Counted from the stretch's first letter, positions 40,009-51,154 are shown. The stretch is DNA of 64,000 nt from an uncultured Candidatus Saccharibacteria bacterium (GCA_964601305.1 CAZRMW010000001.1:135450-199449); one strand, 5' to 3'. The notes: a model not told the origin generated them from the letters alone. A program made the numbers and translations.

Positions 40009-41103
40009 ATGAAAATCGGTATTGTAGGCCTACCAAACGTAGGCAAATCCACACTTTTTAAAGCACTAACAAAAATACAGGTAGATATAAACAACTACCC
40101 GTTTTGTACTATTGAACCAAATACAGGTATCGTTGAGGTGCCCGACGAAAGAATAGACAATCTTGCCAAACTTTCTAACTCCAAGAAAAAAATCTATGCC
40201 ACAATAGAGTTTGTAGACATTGCAGGAATTATAGAAGGAGCCAGCGAAGGTCAGGGACTTGGAAACAAATTTCTTCACAATATCCGCGAAGTAGATGCTA
40301 TAGCCCAAGTAGTGCGTGCTTTTAGAAATAAAAATATTACTCATGTACGAGACGAAGTAAATCCAGAAAAAGACATTGAAATTATAAACACCGAGCTTAT
40401 TTTGGCCGACATGGAAACAGTTTTAAAAAGAATTCCAAAACTAGAAAAAGAGGCCCGGGCACTAGATAAAACCGCTATCAAGCAATTAGAACTCGTCAAG
40501 CAACTCGAAAAAATATTAAACGAAAATAGTATGAAAAAAGTGAAAGAATTTATAAATTCTTTGGGAGAAGACCCCGCCGAGCGGGGCAAGCTTGAATTAA
40601 TTAAAGACCTTCACTTACTTTCTTTTAAACCAATCTTGTATGTAGTAAATGGGAGTAATTCGGGGGAAAAAATTGAAGGACTCGATAACAAAAACAGCCT
40701 CGTGCTAGATATAAAAACTGAGGAGGATTTGCTTGAATTATCAAACGAAGAACAACAAGAACTAGAATTAAAATCTCATCTATCAAAACTAATTACAAAA
40801 AGCTATGAGCTATTAGGGCTTATGACCTTTCTCACAACTGGAGAGGACGAGACGCGGGCATGGACCGTACCTATAAGCTCTGCGGCCCCGCGAGCTGGGC
40901 GCGCTATTCATGGAGATTTTGAAGAAAAATTTATCCGCGCTGATATCATCAACTACACCACTCTCCTCTCATCTGTGGGAAGCTCAACTTCCCACAGAGA
41001 TGATGTCAACCCTATGGCAAACGCCCGCGAAAAAGGCCTCATAAAAACCGTTGGTAAAGACTATATAGTCCAAAACGGCGACATAATAGAGTTTAGGATA
41101 TAA
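40009..41103 (+). CDS. ychF: Redox-regulated ATPase YchF
   Basis: GLPNVGKST, YPFCTIEPN, DIAG, GLGNKFL, TGS domain. Confidence 0.95.
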   Translation: MKIGIVGLPNVGKSTLFKALTKIQVDINNYPFCTIEPNTGIVEVPDERIDNLAKLSNSKKKIYATIEFVDIAGIIEGASEGQGLGNKFLHNIREVDAIAQVVRAFRNKNITHVRDEVNPEKDIEIINTELILADMETVLKRIPKLEKEARALDKTAIKQLELVKQLEKILNENSMKKVKEFINSLGEDPAERGKLELIKDLHLLSFKPILYVVNGSNSGEKIEGLDNKNSLVLDIKTEEDLLELSNEEQQELELKSHLSKLITKSYELLGLMTFLTTGEDETRAWTVPISSAAPRAGRAIHGDFEEKFIRADIINYTTLLSSVGSSTSHRDDVNPMANAREKGLIKTVGKDYIVQNGDIIEFRI

Positions 41104-41149
41104 AAACTGGTAAACAAAAACTTTGCTTACCAGTTTCAAACAACTCTTT

Positions 41150-41560
41150 TTATTTTTTCTTTGTCAAAAACAAACAATTCTCAGTCCATTCTATTGTTTG
41201 TATCTCAAGCGAGTTTATTATTTTTTCTACAATTTCTCCGTCTTCTATGTTAAACACATGAGCACAAAGCTCTCCATCTTTATTCAAAAAAATAACAACG
41301 GGAAGATATTTAACAAAACTTGGAGATATTTCAAAAAAAACTTTTACCTCATTCAGACTAGCAGACATGAGAGACTTTTCTGCCATTTCTTTTGTAACTT
41401 TTTTTGTTGAGCTACCATCTTTTGTGGTAAATAAATGAAAATCACCACTCTCAAAACTGGGCGCCACCACCCCATCTTTAATGTTTAATTCACCACAATC
41501 TCTACAGTTTCTTAATAATTTTCCACATTCATCACAATACTCTGGTTTTACAGGTTTCAT
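41150..41560 (-). CDS. Hypothetical protein with N-terminal CxxC-x6-CxxC
   Basis: CDECGKLLRNCRDCG; AAGGGAG SD. Confidence 0.55.
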   Translation of the reverse strand: MKPVKPEYCDECGKLLRNCRDCGELNIKDGVVAPSFESGDFHLFTTKDGSSTKKVTKEMAEKSLMSASLNEVKVFFEISPSFVKYLPVVIFLNKDGELCAHVFNIEDGEIVEKIINSLEIQTIEWTENCLFLTKKK

Positions 41561-41653
41561 AAAATCTCCCTTTTTTATTTTCAACGATCAATGTTAGTTT
41601 ATAAAATAAAACCACAAAACCAAATTTTTTACAACACCACACACAAAATCTTC

Positions 41654-41682
41654 ATCTGTGCGACATCCGATGTCGCACAGAT
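41654..41682. repeat. REP-like palindrome downstream of the RAYT gene
   Basis: ATCTGTGCGACAT-CCG-ATGTCGCACAGAT. Confidence 0.8.
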
Positions 41683-41706
41683 ACCCTGTCAAGTTTTTAC
41701 ACCATC

Positions 41707-42369
41707 CTACTCTATTATAAATTCTCTAATTTCTTCGAAGGTGTTTTTTGCTTTGTTTTTATTTTTTTGGCAACTTTTTAAAAACTCATCGTACTCACTA
41801 AAGTTTTTACAATTTGTCCATTTATATTCTTCTAAAAACTTTTTTGCTTTTCTCCAATCTTTTAATCCACCATCTTTCCACCCTGGTTCAAATAAATCTA
41901 AGGGATTCATGTAAATATATTGTTTCAAATAATTTAAATATTCATCTCTATTAACCAAAATAGCCTTAAATCTTCCTTGGAAAAGAGACCCGCTTCTTTC
42001 ATATTTCTGATTAAAATAATTAGTATAACCAGTGCCAAGCTTTTGCATAAAACTAACAACCCCATTTTCTTCTACTTGTTCAAGTATCAAATGAAAATGA
42101 TTCGACATCAAACAAGAACAATGAATCTTAATTACTGGTTCCCTATCTTCTTTTTCTATTCTGTGGGAAGTTGAACTTCCCACAGATACAATACCGTTGC
42201 TCTTATTTATACGTCGAAATAAATTAATCGAAGAATTTTTGTCGTTAAAATCTCTCAACCCATAAAGAAACCTGTGGTAGTCTTCGTTATTCATAAAGAC
42301 TTTTCTCTTGTCTACTCCACGATTAAAAATATGATAAAAATGATTGTCTACAAATTGTGGTCTTTTCAT
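41707..42369 (-). mobile_element. REP-associated tyrosine transposase (RAYT, IS200-like HUH/Y1)
   Basis: YHIFNRG, CLMSNHFHL (HUH), FNQKYERSGSLFQGRFK, YIYMNP; flanked by palindromes. Confidence 0.88.
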
Positions 42370-42392
42370 TGTTTGTAGTATACACATTTTTT

Positions 42393-42423
42393 TATCTGTG
42401 GGAAGTTCAACTTCCCACAGATA
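42393..42423. repeat. REP-like palindrome upstream of the RAYT gene (related copies at 23903, 40972, 42160)
   Basis: TATCTGTGGGAAGTT-C-AACTTCCCACAGATA. Confidence 0.85.
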
Positions 42424-42473
42424 TATTGCATAATTTTGGAAAATTGGTAGTATATATCAGTAATACAAATATT

Positions 42474-42944
42474 ATGACAAAAGAAGAAAATTTATACGAA
42501 ATAGGTTATTTACTTAAATCAGACCTCAAAGATGAGGAGCTTTTAGCATTTTCTAATGAACTTAAGGAAGAAATTTCTAAAAAAAGTGGTTTGGTATTAT
42601 CCGAAGGAAGAAATAAGAGAGAAAACTTGTCTTACCCTATCTCAAAAGAAACTACTGCTTTTTTTAATTGGATAAAATTTAATCTTCCAAAAACCGATGT
42701 AATAAAAGAAATCTCTAGCCACTTAGAAAAACAAACAAGTGTTCTAAGATTTCTTACTATAAAATCTTCTGAAGAGGAAAAAATTAAGCCTTTTACTCCC
42801 AGAACTTTTATTAAAAAACCACGTCTTGATTCGAATAAAATTGAAAAAGAAGAAACAACCATCACAAAAAAGTCAGAGCCAATAAAAGAGAAGGTTAAGG
42901 AAGAGGAAATTGATAAAAAAATTGAGGAATTATTAGGAAAATAA
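42474..42944 (+). CDS. rpsF: 30S ribosomal protein S6
   Basis: YEIGYL, LSYPI, VLRFL; rpsF-ssb-rpsR synteny. Confidence 0.88.
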   Translation: MTKEENLYEIGYLLKSDLKDEELLAFSNELKEEISKKSGLVLSEGRNKRENLSYPISKETTAFFNWIKFNLPKTDVIKEISSHLEKQTSVLRFLTIKSSEEEKIKPFTPRTFIKKPRLDSNKIEKEETTITKKSEPIKEKVKEEEIDKKIEELLGK

Positions 42945-42953
42945 ACAAAAAAT

Positions 42954-43406
42954 ATGAATTTAAACAAAGTTTTTATAATCGGTAGATTAACACAAGATCC
43001 GGAGATGAGAAATCTTCCTTCTGGTAAGCCTGTTGTTTCGTTTGGTCTTGCAACCAATAGAAATTGGACTAGTCAAAGTGGAGAAAAACAACAAGACACA
43101 CAATTTCACAATATTGTTTTGTTTGGACGTTTGGCAGAAATAGCTAGCCAGTATCTTAAAAAAGGAAGTATGGCTCTAATTGAGGGCCGAATACAAACGA
43201 GAAACTGGGAAGGCCAAGATGGAAATAAAAAATATAAAACAGAAATTATAGCCGAAAGACTTCAGATGGGTCCAAGAAGTGCAGGAAGCGCTAATTCAGC
43301 TCCATCAACAGCAAACAATTTTAACCAAAATAACAAGAAGGAAGAAACTCTAGATACAATCGAGTACCCTGAAGAAAACAATAATCCAGATAAAATTCCT
43401 TTTTAA
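42954..43406 (+). CDS. ssb: Single-stranded DNA-binding protein
   Basis: [15 protein letters not shown]-terminal IPF. Confidence 0.96.
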   Translation: MNLNKVFIIGRLTQDPEMRNLPSGKPVVSFGLATNRNWTSQSGEKQQDTQFHNIVLFGRLAEIASQYLKKGSMALIEGRIQTRNWEGQDGNKKYKTEIIAERLQMGPRSAGSANSAPSTANNFNQNNKKEETLDTIEYPEENNNPDKIPF

Positions 43407-43426
43407 ATATTAACTTATTAAAACCT

Positions 43427-43630
43427 ATGACTAAGCAATGCTTTTTTTGCACAAACAATATAAAAAAAATAGACTATAAAGAGACAGATACTCTTAAAAA
43501 TTTTATTGATGCACAAGCAAAAATTCTTCCTAAAAGACAAACTCATTTGTGTATAAAACACCAAAAAAGACTCGCACTAGCTATAAAGAGAGCTCGGTTT
43601 TTAGCACTACTTCCTTTTGTTAAGAAGTAA
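43427..43630 (+). CDS. rpsR: 30S ribosomal protein S18
   Basis: [23 protein letters not shown]. Confidence 0.95.
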   Translation: MTKQCFFCTNNIKKIDYKETDTLKNFIDAQAKILPKRQTHLCIKHQKRLALAIKRARFLALLPFVKK

Positions 43631-43641
43631 CGCTTTATAAT

Positions 43642-44646
43642 TTAGGAATTTTTTAACTCTTCTTTTATTTTTTTAGTAATTTCTTTAGCTACTCCTGTGT
43701 TTTCTTTTAAGAAAGCTCGGGCTTTTTCGTATCCAACACCTAGTTTAGTCTTACCATAAGAGTAAGAAGCTCCAGCTTTTTTGACTATTCCATACTTTTC
43801 TCCTAAATTAAGTATCTCGCCTGTATGAGAAATCCCTTCATTGTAAATAAGGTCAAACTCCGCAATCCTAAAGGGAGCAGCTGTTTTGTTTTTTACTACC
43901 TTAGCCCTGGTTCTGTTTCCAATTATCTGATCTCCTTTTTTGATTTGTGCAATTCTTCTTACATCTATCCTTACTGAAGAATAAAATTTTAGAGCTTTAC
44001 CTCCAGGAGTAGTTTCTGGACTCCCAAACATTACCCCAATCTTCATTCTAATTTGATTTATAAAGATAACTATTGTGTTTGATTTAGCAACTATGGAAGT
44101 AAGTTTTCTAAGTGCTTGAGACATTAGTCTAGCCTGCAAGCCTATATGCCTGTCGCCCATCTCTCCTTCTATTTCTGCCTTTGGTGTTAAGGCTGCCACA
44201 GAGTCCACCACTACCACATCTAATTTACCTGAACGTACCAAGCTTTCTGTAATCTCTAGTGCCTGTTCGCCTGTATCTGGCTGAGAAATAAGCAAATCTT
44301 TTACCTTTACACCTAATTTTTTGGCATACACAGGATCCATTGCATGTTCGGCATCTACAAATGCGCAAAGCCCTCCTTTCTTTTGAGCTTGAGCTACCAC
44401 ATGAAGAGCCAGTGTAGTTTTTCCAGAAGATTCTGGACCGTACACCTCCACTACCCTTCCTTTTGGAAGACCTCCTACACCAAGCGCAGCGTCAAGAGCT
44501 AACGACCCAGTAGGAATCGAGTCTACATGCACCTTTGGCACATCGCCAAGCTTCATTATTGCTCCCTCACCATATTTTGCTTTTAATCCCTCTAAAACAA
44601 TTTCTATGTCTTCTCCTGTTTTTTTAACCTTTTTTTCTTTTGCCAT
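43642..44646 (-). CDS. recA: Recombinase RecA
   Basis: [29 protein letters not shown]. Confidence 0.98.
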   Translation of the reverse strand: MAKEKKVKKTGEDIEIVLEGLKAKYGEGAIMKLGDVPKVHVDSIPTGSLALDAALGVGGLPKGRVVEVYGPESSGKTTLALHVVAQAQKKGGLCAFVDAEHAMDPVYAKKLGVKVKDLLISQPDTGEQALEITESLVRSGKLDVVVVDSVAALTPKAEIEGEMGDRHIGLQARLMSQALRKLTSIVAKSNTIVIFINQIRMKIGVMFGSPETTPGGKALKFYSSVRIDVRRIAQIKKGDQIIGNRTRAKVVKNKTAAPFRIAEFDLIYNEGISHTGEILNLGEKYGIVKKAGASYSYGKTKLGVGYEKARAFLKENTGVAKEITKKIKEELKNS

Positions 44647-44647
44647 A

Positions 44648-44995
44648 TTATTTAAGTATTACTTTTAATTTTTTATGTACTTCTCTATCAAACTTGTCTT
44701 TGGCTAATAGCTCGATAATATTATAACCCTCTGCTAAAATCAAGCTCCCCTTAAAATTACCAGATGTATCGACAAGAATGCTTTTCCCATTTAAAAGCAA
44801 GAGGGAAACATTTTGAGCTTTTCCTTTAACTTCAATTAAAGATTCTTTTAAAACATCTCCATTTTGTGGAAATTCTACAACAATACGTGGTCCTAGTATA
44901 AAAAATCTAGCTTGATAAAAAAAATAAAAAATTAAAATCCCGGATATAATTATCAGTACAGAAAGTCTAATATAAAAAAGTGGTTTTGAATTCAT
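44648..44995 (-). CDS. Membrane-anchored Ig-like hypothetical protein
   Basis: N-terminal TM, then beta-rich domain with LNG and [10 protein letters not shown]. Confidence 0.65.
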   Translation of the reverse strand: MNSKPLFYIRLSVLIIISGILIFYFFYQARFFILGPRIVVEFPQNGDVLKESLIEVKGKAQNVSLLLLNGKSILVDTSGNFKGSLILAEGYNIIELLAKDKFDREVHKKLKVILK

Positions 44996-45117
44996 CCCGT
45001 ACGAAATAGAGAATCAGAGATTCTCGTTTGTTAGTCTAATAATTTGATAATTTATATTTTTTATTTTTCTACACATAAAAATGTTTATTAAAAGTCAGAA
45101 TTTCGTACGGGATTCAT
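44991..45117. mobile_element. MITE-like element, copy 2
   Basis: Same TIRs, internal GAGAATC/GATTCTC hairpin and TTCAT direct repeats as copy 1. Confidence 0.75.
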
Positions 45118-45119
45118 TT

Positions 45120-47252
45120 TTAATATTCTTCACTTGGTTTTTCTACCAAAACATCTCTAGGCTTAGAACCATCTGCAGGTCCAACAACCCCCCTCTCTTC
45201 TAGCATATCTAAAAGACGCGCTGCTCTGGCATACCCCACACGCAATCTTCTTTGCAAATAAGAAGAAGACGCTTTGCCAGCAGCAATAACAATTTCTCTT
45301 GCCTCTTCATAAAGGTCGTCGCCATTCTCACCTGAATCTTCTAATGAACTATCGTCAAAAATAGATGTCTGTTGAGTTTCCCCACTCATACTAACTTCCT
45401 GCGAGTCATAATCTTCATATTCTTTTTTGAGAAAATCAACTACATTTCTTACTTCTTTCTCTGAAACAAAAGAGCCTTGAATACGCCTTGGTTTTGAAGA
45501 ATCACTAGACAAGAAAAGCATATCTCCATTACCCAGAAGTTTCTCTGCCCCAGACATATCCAAAATAGTCCTCGAATCAACCTGGGAAGCCACCTGAAAT
45601 GCTATACGCCCAGTAATATTGGCCTTAATTAGACCTGTAATAACATTTACGGAAGGTCTTTGTGTAGAAACAACTAGGTGTATCCCCACAGCTCTAGACA
45701 TCTGTGCAAGCCTTACAATAGAAGCCTCAAACTCTCTCGGATAAGTCGCCATAATATCTGCAAGCTCATCTATAACAATAACAATGTAAGGCATATCGTC
45801 TGGTCTTTTTTTGTGATAAGAATTAATATCTCTAGCTCCTACTTCAAGAAGAGCTTCGTACCTTCTTTCCATTTCTTTTGTCGCCCATTTAAGCGCCATT
45901 ATGGCTTTTTTTGCTTCTGTAATAACCGGAGTAAGTAAGTGGGGCAAATCGTTGTAAACATTAAGCTCTACTCTCTTTGGATCTACCAAAAGAAGCTGTA
46001 ATTCTTGCGGTGAATGCCTAAAAAGCAAACTCATCATAAGGCCGTGTATGGAAACAGATTTTCCAGAGCCAGTAGCTCCAGCTATAAGCAAATGTGGCAT
46101 TTTAACAATGGAAGAAAAAACAGATCTTCCAGCAACATTTTTACCAAGAGCGAGAAGCAAAGGAATTTCTTTATATTTTTTATTTGCCTCTTCAAGAAGT
46201 TTTTTAAGACCAACAACAGAAGAAGACCTATTTGGAACTTCTATCCCAACAAGAGATTTTCCAGGAATAGGGGCTTCTATCCTTATCGGGTGCGCAGCCA
46301 AGGCTAGAGATAAGTCGTTGTTTAGTGCAACTATTCTTGAAAGTTTCACCCCTTCTGCTGGCTTTATGGAATATTGAGTTACTGCAGGACCTATACAAAC
46401 TTCTGCTATTTCCACATTAATACCAAAATTTTGAAATGTTCTTCTTATTATATTAGAATTTGCCTTTATATCTCCTGCCGAAGGCTTACCTTTATCGCTC
46501 TGCAAGAGATCTAGGGGTGGTCCAGAAAAACTTTTGTTGCCAAAAAATTTGAGTGAACTTATTTTTGTACCTCTACCTTTAAAAAATCCCTCTTCTTTTG
46601 TTTCTTGTTTGCTGTTTGTTGTTTGTCCGTCTTCTGACGCTGTTTCTTGTTCGTATTCTTCATCTTCCTCTTCACCATCGTCTTCCTCTTGGTCTTCTAT
46701 CTCCTCACCTTCACTGTCGTCTTCAAATAGTTTTTGCTGTTTTGGCTTTCTTTTTAGAAAAGAGAAGGAAAGTGGCACATTAAACATTACCAAAAATCCG
46801 ATTAGTAAAATTATTATAAAAATTATTAAGGTGGCCCAAAAATCTACTAATTTTAAAAAAGGGAGAGAAATAAAATACCCCGCATACCCTCCTGTTTTTT
46901 CTCCAAAAAGAATTTCAGCAAGAGCTAAGCCACTTAAAAGTATTAAAAAGCCTCCTACCAAGTTAGAAGATAATAAATTTGGACGAAAAGAGGCAAATAA
47001 AGAAACTGCAGCTAAAACAAAAAGCAAAGGTATTAAAAACAATCCATCTCCAAACAGAAACTCTAAAACCATATAAGTATACCTACCTAAAAGGCCTGCC
47101 TTGCTAAATATAGCTAAAATAAAAAAGACGGAGAATCCAAGGGAGACAATGGCCCAAATAGAATGGGTTGTCTCTTTGTTTAGCCCGTGGTACCACCTTT
47201 CAATTACATCTCTTTCTTTGTTTTTTGTAATTTTTTTCTTCTTTGCAACCAT
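45120..47252 (-). CDS. ftsK: DNA translocase FtsK/SpoIIIE
   Basis: 4TM N-terminus, GATGSGKS, IDELAD, TQRPS, gamma domain LQRRLRVGYARAAR. Confidence 0.96.
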   Translation of the reverse strand: MVAKKKKITKNKERDVIERWYHGLNKETTHSIWAIVSLGFSVFFILAIFSKAGLLGRYTYMVLEFLFGDGLFLIPLLFVLAAVSLFASFRPNLLSSNLVGGFLILLSGLALAEILFGEKTGGYAGYFISLPFLKLVDFWATLIIFIIILLIGFLVMFNVPLSFSFLKRKPKQQKLFEDDSEGEEIEDQEEDDGEEEDEEYEQETASEDGQTTNSKQETKEEGFFKGRGTKISSLKFFGNKSFSGPPLDLLQSDKGKPSAGDIKANSNIIRRTFQNFGINVEIAEVCIGPAVTQYSIKPAEGVKLSRIVALNNDLSLALAAHPIRIEAPIPGKSLVGIEVPNRSSSVVGLKKLLEEANKKYKEIPLLLALGKNVAGRSVFSSIVKMPHLLIAGATGSGKSVSIHGLMMSLLFRHSPQELQLLLVDPKRVELNVYNDLPHLLTPVITEAKKAIMALKWATKEMERRYEALLEVGARDINSYHKKRPDDMPYIVIVIDELADIMATYPREFEASIVRLAQMSRAVGIHLVVSTQRPSVNVITGLIKANITGRIAFQVASQVDSRTILDMSGAEKLLGNGDMLFLSSDSSKPRRIQGSFVSEKEVRNVVDFLKKEYEDYDSQEVSMSGETQQTSIFDDSSLEDSGENGDDLYEEAREIVIAAGKASSSYLQRRLRVGYARAARLLDMLEERGVVGPADGSKPRDVLVEKPSEEY

Positions 47253-47317
47253 ACTACCCATTATAAACTATTTGAGTTATGATTTAAACAGCTTGAAAAA
47301 AAGGAGGATTACTGATT

Positions 47318-47713
47318 ATGAAAAAAATGTCTTTATTTTGTGTAGTTTTGTTTGTGCTTTCTACTCTTATTTCTTTTATATCTGTATCTTTTGTAAATAG
47401 TGCCAGTAGTCCAACAACGGACTACAAAAAAATACTAGAAACACTTAAAAAAGAAAAACCAAGTATTGAATATTTTATTACAAGCACCGGAGATAAAATA
47501 GAAGACCCTTCCCATGCAAAAGGAAAAGATTATATAAAATTAGTAAGACAAAAAAGAGGGAATATAAGACTTGTACAATATATCATCTTTGAAAAAAACA
47601 ACACATATAAAATAGTCTATTTATATATAAACAATAAATTATTAATAGACAGAGAAGACAAGGAAGGAAATCAAGGAGCAGATGGAAAATTCGAAGCAGA
47701 GTTTCCATATTAA
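47318..47713 (+). CDS. Secreted hypothetical protein
   Basis: AGGAGG SD, signal peptide. Confidence 0.6.
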   Translation: MKKMSLFCVVLFVLSTLISFISVSFVNSASSPTTDYKKILETLKKEKPSIEYFITSTGDKIEDPSHAKGKDYIKLVRQKRGNIRLVQYIIFEKNNTYKIVYLYINNKLLIDREDKEGNQGADGKFEAEFPY

Positions 47714-47768
47714 TATAAAAATCCCCCCGCCAACATCTGTGAAGTTGTGGCAGGGGGAATTTCGTTTT

Positions 47769-48368
47769 TTATTTCAAAAGTGGGTTTATGATTTTTTTCA
47801 TTTGTTCCAGCGTCTTTACTGGTGCATTATGCTCAGAAAATCTAACAATACCCTGATCATCAAAAACAATGAGAAAAGGGTAATTTCCCACCTTATGTTT
47901 TTTAAGCAAGGGAATAAGGCTCGAATATTCCGGATGCGACTGAATTAAAAGCCAATTCTCAAAATCAAACGGGCCAAACCTGTTTATCATAGAAGCTTGT
48001 GCTGGGCGATAAAATGAAACAGCAGGAATTCCAATAATCTTGATTTTGTTTTTATATTCTTTGGACAATTCGTTAAAAACTTTCACCTGCAAACTGCAGT
48101 CTTTTGCTCCTGGTCACCAAAATCCTAAAACAGTTACCTTCCCTTTTGTTTCTTCATAAAAATTCATAGAAAAGGTTTGTCTCGTGTGAAAATTAATGTG
48201 AACCAAAGTAAAGTCGACTGCCTTTTGGCCAACCATTGAATCGCCAACGGCAATATCGTCTTGATTTTGTTCATCAGCGACGACCTTGGTATCCAGAGCC
48301 AAAACAGCTCCACAAAACACCAAAGAAACCACGACTGCCAAAGTTAAAAAGATTGATATCTGTTTCAT
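47769..48368 (-). CDS. Secreted redoxin/TlpA-like thioredoxin-fold protein interrupted by an in-frame TGA (recoded or pseudogene)
   Basis: ORFs 48114-48368 and 47769-48092 are in the same frame: VGQKAVDFTL...KGKVTVLGFW*PGAKDC...YPFLIVFDDQGIVR. Confidence 0.6.
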
Positions 48369-48569
48369 GGTTCTATCCCCCTAGTTTTGTTGGTTTTTAC
48401 TTAATGATTGTTGTCAAAGATTTTTATCTCTACCCTATTTTTAGTCTAGTTTATTAAAAAAAAATTAAAAGTACCTAATATAACAATACAGACATACCAA
48501 AATGTCTATATAAAACAAAAATCCTGGTGATATAAAACCACGAGGATTTTCTTTACTTAAAATTTATCA

Positions 48570-50372
48570 TTAATATGGAGTTGTTATCTCCAAAAATGAA
48601 TTTACCATCATTTTATAAACTTTATTGCCAGTTATATTCTTTTTGGCAAATTCTTTTGATAATTCAAAAATACTTTGCTTCGTTTCTACCAACCTGTCTC
48701 CGTCAAAGTATCTTTCAACAATTTTGTACACACCCGGTTCCATCTGAAAATTTTTAACAGAAGTTTTTTTATTTTCTTCTGTATCAGGCATAAGACCAAA
48801 AACATATTTTGGAACTAATTTATTACTTGGTTCAAAAATCCTCACCTCAACCCTGTGTTTGGGGTCTTTATTTATCATACGAGCTGGGTATCCATCTCCA
48901 ACAGACGGACTTGTGGATTGCAGTACTTTTAAAGCCACATCTATAGCCTCATCATTTTCTGTTTTTGGATCATCAACAACATAGACATCAGGAGTTACGC
49001 CTACACCTTCTATATCTTCCTCTTTTACTGGAGAAAAGTATCTGCCAGTTGGAAGCATAAAAGTACCGCCTGTTTTTAAGTGAAACTCAGAGAGTATAGT
49101 TCCTTTTCCTGTTGTATTTTCTCCTACAACAATTGCTCCTCTGTCTCTTAAAGCAACACTCATTACTTCTGAACCGCTGGCAGAATTTCTATTTACTAAA
49201 ACAATAATTTTTGTTTTTTTAGACAAGATTTTAGGCACTTCACTTTCAGGAGGAGAAATGAAATAACCGCTGTAAAAAACATCTTCTTTTTTTGGGATAT
49301 GGGGATAATTATAATAAACGGTAATTTCCCCAGGCGAAATTAATCGCTCCAAAATCATATCTGTTAAAACAAATAAGCCTCCGGTATTGTCTCTCAAATC
49401 AAGCACTAACCCTTTTTTCATCCCTTTCTTTTTTAATTCATTCACTTTATCAACAAAGGGCTTAACAAATTTTTCCCTACCTTTTTTTGTCTGAAAATCC
49501 GCACCTTCTGTTGGCCATATAAAAGTGTTGAGTGAAAGATATCCTACGTCATCAGAAAGCATTTTAGCCTTCAGCTCAACTTTTGTAATCAGACCCCTCA
49601 TTACTTCTATTTCTTTTTTTGTTTTTCCATCTGGAGAAAGAAGTTTAAGAAGAACTTTTGTCCCTTCTGGGCCTCTAATCAAATCTACAGCATCCTTCAA
49701 ACGAAGTCCTTTAAAAAGACTCTCTTCTTCTTTTGATTTTACACCAACAGCAAACCAACCTTCTTCAACGCCAGCCTTGTGAGCCCCCTGACCAGGCATT
49801 ATTTTATCAATAAGCAATCCTTTGTCGCCAAGAACAGGGTTTTTAAAATTTTCATAAAGTTTTTTAAATTCAGGCTTTTTTAGCATCAACCTAAAAACTA
49901 ATGCCGTAATTTCAACGTCCTCAAACTCTGTTTCTGAAAAAGGAAAGGAATTAAACAGTTTTTCCCTTTCTTTTTCAAAAGATTCTAAATACCCCTCGTC
50001 TGCTGACGACACACCCATACCAACTCCTGAAAAATTTTGATTTTTTTCTTCTTGTTCTTTGTGTTTCTTGGGAATGTACCCACCCCATTTGTGCCCCGAG
50101 GTGTTTATAAGCAATCCCAAAAAGAACTCCATTTGATCTATCATTTTTTTCTTATTTTCTGGCTTTATTGAGCTATAGGCTTTTTTATCAAGCCTGTGAA
50201 GAATTTCTACAAAGTCTACCGCCCATCTACCTATTTCTTCTTTATTCCTCCAATTTAAAAATTCTTGAAGAGCAGGATTCCCTTGCTGTCTAAAGGCAAG
50301 AACAAAATTAGGTACAGACGCAAACACAAAAAACACTAAAAATACAAATGTTATAAGCCTTTTTGTATTCAT
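48570..50372 (-). CDS. S41 family C-terminal processing protease with PDZ domain
   Basis: GVGM, IRGPEGT, LDLRDNTGG, SASGSE, TTGKG, GVTPD. Confidence 0.88.
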   Translation of the reverse strand: MNTKRLITFVFLVFFVFASVPNFVLAFRQQGNPALQEFLNWRNKEEIGRWAVDFVEILHRLDKKAYSSIKPENKKKMIDQMEFFLGLLINTSGHKWGGYIPKKHKEQEEKNQNFSGVGMGVSSADEGYLESFEKEREKLFNSFPFSETEFEDVEITALVFRLMLKKPEFKKLYENFKNPVLGDKGLLIDKIMPGQGAHKAGVEEGWFAVGVKSKEEESLFKGLRLKDAVDLIRGPEGTKVLLKLLSPDGKTKKEIEVMRGLITKVELKAKMLSDDVGYLSLNTFIWPTEGADFQTKKGREKFVKPFVDKVNELKKKGMKKGLVLDLRDNTGGLFVLTDMILERLISPGEITVYYNYPHIPKKEDVFYSGYFISPPESEVPKILSKKTKIIVLVNRNSASGSEVMSVALRDRGAIVVGENTTGKGTILSEFHLKTGGTFMLPTGRYFSPVKEEDIEGVGVTPDVYVVDDPKTENDEAIDVALKVLQSTSPSVGDGYPARMINKDPKHRVEVRIFEPSNKLVPKYVFGLMPDTEENKKTSVKNFQMEPGVYKIVERYFDGDRLVETKQSIFELSKEFAKKNITGNKVYKMMVNSFLEITTPY

Positions 50373-50524
50373 TTTGATACTCCTTTTATTTAGTTTTCAA
50401 GCTTGTTCGCCTCCGGCGATGTCTATTTTTATTGTATAACTCGTATTTTTGCGGTCAATTGACTAATTATAAGAAAACAAAAAAGCCGAATCTGCAAATT
50501 GCATCCGGCCTTTATATTCATTTT

Positions 50525-51154
50525 TTATTTTACTTTGTCGGGAAAATTTTTTTTAACAAAAGAAGAAAGCTGATCGGAATCCATACCGTCAATTAAAGGA
50601 ATTTCTCCGACAATATCTCCCTTACCATCAATAAGAAACAAGTGAGGAATGGAAGCTATCCCTGTTTTAGACAAAATTTCATACCCATCTTGATCTTCCA
50701 GCATATATGCTTTCCCACCGTATATCTTATTAATGGCCTTGTAATATATTATGCCTCTGGGAGAAAACTCTACTCTTTCTCCTTTATCACCTCTCATAAC
50801 AGCCTCTACCATTGCCACGTTAAAATCTGGATTATTTTCTTTAAATATTGCTATTACAAAAATCAAACCAGCGGTATCTATAACACCAGGATTATATTTG
50901 GTAATAACGACAAGCGTTGGTTTTTTACCGGTAACACTCTCTATATCAACAGCTTCCCCTTCTACATTGCTCATACTAACGAGCCTTAGATCTTTTAAAG
51001 ATTTTTCAGGAACAGCAGGTTTTTCCACCTCTTTTACAACAGGAATTTCCTCCTCTTCTACACTTGAGCTAAACGCCCACCCCGAGGGTGCCACCAAGCA
51101 TACAGACATAAAAAACAATAAAAACAAAATATGTTTGTTTTTCATTTTTGCCAT
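50525..51154 (-). CDS. Secreted thioredoxin-like fold protein lacking CxxC
   Basis: Signal peptide, GKKPTLVV, IPHLFLIDGKG. Confidence 0.55.
   Translation of the reverse strand: MAKMKNKHILFLLFFMSVCLVAPSGWAFSSSVEEEEIPVVKEVEKPAVPEKSLKDLRLVSMSNVEGEAVDIESVTGKKPTLVVITKYNPGVIDTAGLIFVIAIFKENNPDFNVAMVEAVMRGDKGERVEFSPRGIIYYKAINKIYGGKAYMLEDQDGYEILSKTGIASIPHLFLIDGKGDIVGEIPLIDGMDSDQLSSFVKKNFPDKVK

Noticed and set aside
48114-48116. Genetic code 25 (UGA=Gly) as the explanation for the internal TGA
   Set aside because: Conserved long genes have no internal TGA, and TGA ends several genes at natural positions (for example the TsaD-like, TsaC-like and NYN genes)
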